Shown piece by piece: positions 60,040-64,000 of a stretch of 64,000 nucleotides of DNA. The notes under the pieces were generated by a model. That model was not told where the DNA came from, ran no database searches, and was given only the letters and a program-made list of their open reading frames with translations. The position numbers and the translations under genes are program-made. Source of the stretch: Nemertoderma westbladi (lineage: Eukaryota > Animalia > Xenacoelomorpha). The first letter of the stretch is position 1, and the number at the start of each line of letters is the position of its first letter. The stretch is taken from NCBI GenBank assembly GCA_032718475.1, contig JAUCBJ010000270.1:1-64000 (forward strand). The letters are read 5' to 3'.

Positions 60040-61749
60040 GTAGGCCTTAGTTTACTAAGTCAAAAGTTATTTTTATTCTAGCTAGTTTTTCCTACTTTTA
60101 TTTTTTAAATTTTTTAAGATGCTCTCTAGAATAACTACTTTTTGTTCTAAAACGTTTTAAAAATTTAAAATTTCACTATATATGACAATGATTTATACAC
60201 CGTCACCCTTAAAATAATAACCTTTTGTAGCAAGTAGGAGTCCCCCCCCCCCCCCCCCCCCCCCCCCACCTAATTTATTCACCATTTAAATATTAAATGC
60301 TGCGAAATTTCGTATGATGATAATTCGACAACTTTACTTACTGCTGGCCTTGTCTGATTTTTCAATTTTTGAAAATATTTATCTGTTAACACACATCTGT
60401 TACCAACACCCAATCACTTCCGTCGTCGCCTAAGTTTTTCGTATATTGAATGTAGGCTAATCTGCATTAATATGTTATGGGGGTACTAGTGTGTTATACA
60501 GTAGGTACAACCAAATCACTCATTTTTACAACATGTAATCATAAATCTTAGGGCACTGGTTCGATATGGGTCACCCATTTTTTTTATATAAATATAAATC
60601 ATTTATAGGTACTTTATAAGAGTTTTTGCACATTAATAAATATAATTAATATATATATTATATATTATAATATATACATATATATATATATATATATATG
60701 GATAACATGTCCCTGAGCCTTCACTTATGCGTCATGTTCGAAATTGCTATAACACTAAATTACGCAACATAACATTATCAACTACAATGGAATTACAATA
60801 TTAACTTATATTATCTACCCATTTGTTTTTGTTATATCGAATTTCACCCAATAGAAAAAAATATATATTTTGCATGTTATATTTTCAAAATTATTTATAT
60901 AACATATAACCAAAGGGAAGTAGTGGCTTTTCTGGACCACAAAATATGTATATCCAATGTCCCTATAGAGCCAAAAATATATATAATTTTTTAAAAGACA
61001 AATCTTGCAATTTCAGATATTGGAATCAAATATTAATAGATAGATCTAAAATATGTGATAAATTTTGTTTCTGGAACGTAAAATATTTTTCTAATATATA
61101 TTTCGTTATCATGACAAACATAGCAGTACACCACATATTTCGTAGCATTTGGGCAACTTTCTAGGATTATCAAGAATAATGGATTTTCACGACAACATAA
61201 TTTCATTTTCTGCGCTTGAAATTACTTCAATGTTTGTCATTTTTGCCATACCAACTATATTCGAAATTTAAAGTTGTTATTTTGATGTTTCAGCTTTTCA
61301 AAAAATATAAATTTACTAAAATTTGTATTTTCGATTTTTCGAACAAAAAAGTGGCTTTTTAGGGACACGATTATATATATGATTTTTGAGTAGACAAAGA
61401 CAGTGTTTAATAATATTTAAGTTTGATATTTTCGAATATCACGATTTATAAACCTGAATAGTGTATGGCTGCGCATTGCAACACATCACAATTGTATTGA
61501 ACAGTGCAGCAAAAGTGGGGTAATTCGGGTTTCACTAAAATTCGGATTTTTTTGCTTGAAACTTCAATGCTTCTCTTTTTTCCCATACTTACTATCTGTG
61601 CTTAGAGTTGTTATATTGAACAATCAGTTTCCAAAAAAATACATTTTTCTAACCCTCTAAACCAGAATATGCATTATATAACCCTTTCGCACCTATGACG
61701 CAGGCGTATGCATCATGGGTCACAGACTGACAGACAGACAGACTAGATT

Positions 61750-62540
61750 TATGAAAACATGAAAACTGACATCAGAAATGAAATCAGTGGCTTGTCTTTT
61801 TTTACTCTAAATGCCTGAAACTGCGTACTGACTACTGCAGAAGGAAATTGTTGAGCAACAATCTTCTCATTGCAGCCTCTCGCGACAAATGCAGAACCAT
61901 ACTCTATGAGGCTAGAAAACAGATCTGTATGTAAACTACAATTCCTGCGCAAGCGTATAACTACGCCATAGGTTTTGAATCTGTGAACGAGGATGTGCAA
62001 TTCAAGGACACAAATACTGATATATTAACTTAAAAGTAAACACAAGAGTTCCTTCAGTTGATAACTGCATGGGTTTAGCGGCAGTTGAGGAAACTCTGGA
62101 ACAATACAGAACAATTGATGGAGAAGGTGACCCACCTAATGAATGTATATTGGAAGCTCTTAAAATTTGCCTTGAAAGCAATAATTGTGCTTTCAATGGC
62201 AAACACTTCACCCAGTCTGGGGGTTCAGCTATGGGACCCTCTTATTCTTGTACCTACACTGATATATGGGGAGCCAAATTCATTGACACGGCAGTGTCTT
62301 CCTTCAATAACAGTCCACAAGAATACAAAAGATACCGAGACGACATTATTTCCTTTGGAATTAATTTTTCGGAAGATGTTGTTACAAATTTAGTCACACA
62401 TTTAAATGAGACAGTACTTCCCGGAAAGATAGTATTTAAGATAGAACAATTTGGTAAAGAAGTACATTTTCTGGATTTAACTATTTTTATTGATGACAGT
62501 GGATACATCCAAACTAAAAATTATCACAATCCTATGGACG
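61750..62540. mobile_element. Penelope-like element fragment with 5' inversion
   Basis: Plus strand 62045-62540: GSAMGP, RYRDD, VHFLDL, YHNPMD. Minus strand 62035-61750: QYL...HP...YGVVIRLRRNCS...ARG, the domain that normally follows. Confidence 0.8.
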
Positions 62541-62557
62541 TTGTTTGCTTTGCTTTG

Positions 62558-64000
62558 ATACTACTACTACTACTATGATCGGCATGCTGCATTGCAGCTG
62601 CATTTTTAAGAATGCTGCGCCGGCTTATCGTCAAAATTGCACCGCCACAACTCTCTATCACCCATGACATTTGCTAGATCATCCGCATCTTCAAGTCCAG
62701 TGTCCTTTAAGATGCGTCTCAAGAAAGTCATGGGCTGTCCACCATGCTTATTCACTCCATGAGGCTGCCAAAGTACAAGATTATGCACTGGCTGGTCCTC
62801 ACGGCGAAAGCAATGTCCTGCAAAGCGGAGGCGATTTTGTTGTAGTGTCAAGCTTTCAGGGAACCAATGAGACGCCTCCAATGTTATATAGTGTCTGGTT
62901 GGAGATGTGTGCATTGTACTTGACACAATGAACCCGGCGTAGCATTCTTGTGAAAGTGCCATCCAGAGATTTGGTGTCCTCAGCAGTTAGAGCCCAGCAT
63001 GGACTCCCATAGAGGAGTACTGGAACTACTGCTGCTCTAAATAATCGGACCTTAAGTTTCCGATTAATTCTCGGTGACTTCCAAATCCTGGAAAGCCTAT
63101 TCAAGGCTGCCCATGCCTTTCCCTTACGTATTCGAAGGTCCTCACCTGACTTCCGGATCCATGATCCCAGGTAACAGAAGTCATCCACATGCTCAAGCAT
63201 ACCATCTTTTGAGCTTATGCTCATCCGATCAGAGACTTACTGAGGACTTTCAAAGTTAACTGTCAAAATTTTGGTCTTTCTGGAGTTAATAAAAAGACCA
63301 ACACTAGAAGCAGCATGTTCTAATGAGCTGAGGAGCCGTTGGGCTCCCTCTAGCGATTCTGAGAGTACTCCTAAGTCATCAGCAAAGTCTAGATCAGTTG
63401 GCAGGATTTCCTCGATTTCTGGAGCCAGTAGGTGGAGTTATCATCACCCCATCATCATTATGATGATCTAAGGACATGCGTAGAACATAGTCAACAACAA
63501 TTATGAACAAGAATGGTGCAAGTGTGTCTCCCTGGAGGACACCCCATAACACTTCAAATGGTTCTGTGTCACCGTTAACAGTAGACACAAATGTTGTCGA
63601 ACCATCGTATACTGATCTGATTGCTGCAATAATTTCATCAGGAATCCCATATAATGAAAGTATGCTGAACATACGTGAGCGAGAGACTGAATCAAAGGCC
63701 TTGAAGAAGTCAACAAAGATAACAGCCAGATGCCTGTCTTTCTTTTTTGATAACTCTTCAATTATCGTTCTAAGTGCCAAAATGGGCTCCATGGTCCCAC
63801 GACCTTTACGGAACCCATTCTGATTTCCACGGAGCAGTCTCTCAATGGGATCCCTGATGCGATTTAATAGAATCCTATTGTATAGCTTTGCAGCAATCGA
63901 GATCAATGAGATTCCCCGAAAAGAACCATAGAGTGTAAGGTTGCCCTTCTTGGGAACTGGCACCAACTTATTTGTTTTCATTTCTTGTGGGACTCTTGCT
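62558..64000 (-). mobile_element. RTE-clade LINE (frameshifted RT, runs out of the window)
   Basis: FRGISL, QNGFR, FVDFFKAFDS, GVLQGDTLAP, FADD (63377-63388), FCYLGS, LLYGS, RLRFAGH, (TAG)n tail. Confidence 0.93.

Noticed and set aside
60200-61740. Further MITE-like repeats in the intron of gene 2
   Set aside because: Poly-C, AT microsatellite and duplicated blocks are visible, but I could not define paired termini or a TSD.

Overview
Eukaryotic, AT-rich DNA, probably from an invertebrate animal, consisting mostly of nested transposable elements around two paralogous small membrane-protein genes. It holds five related BEL/Pao LTR retrotransposon copies: A (1-6643, intact ORF, 5' end outside the window), E (3' LTR only), B (22303-38134, minus strand, intact 2695-aa gag-pol), C (22181-44242, minus strand, internally deleted) and D (about 20866-58200, plus strand, degenerate). 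It also holds a full-length Ty3/Gypsy element, hAT and piggyBac MITEs, a 3.4-kb 40-bp hairpin satellite, RTE LINE pieces and a 5'-inverted Penelope fragment. Main finding: BEL elements B and C have no tRNA primer-binding site. In each, the 11-12 nt directly after the 5' LTR are the exact reverse complement of a site inside the element's own LTR, and the paired sequence differs between the two elements. This is the architecture of Tf1-type self-priming. The same BEL lineage shows TA...TA LTR termini, very long Gag N-termini, and a second post-pol ORF with a putative internal promoter. In element D that ORF encodes a WRN-like DEDDy 3'-5' exonuclease plus zinc knuckles. All calls were made by eye; no database searches were run.
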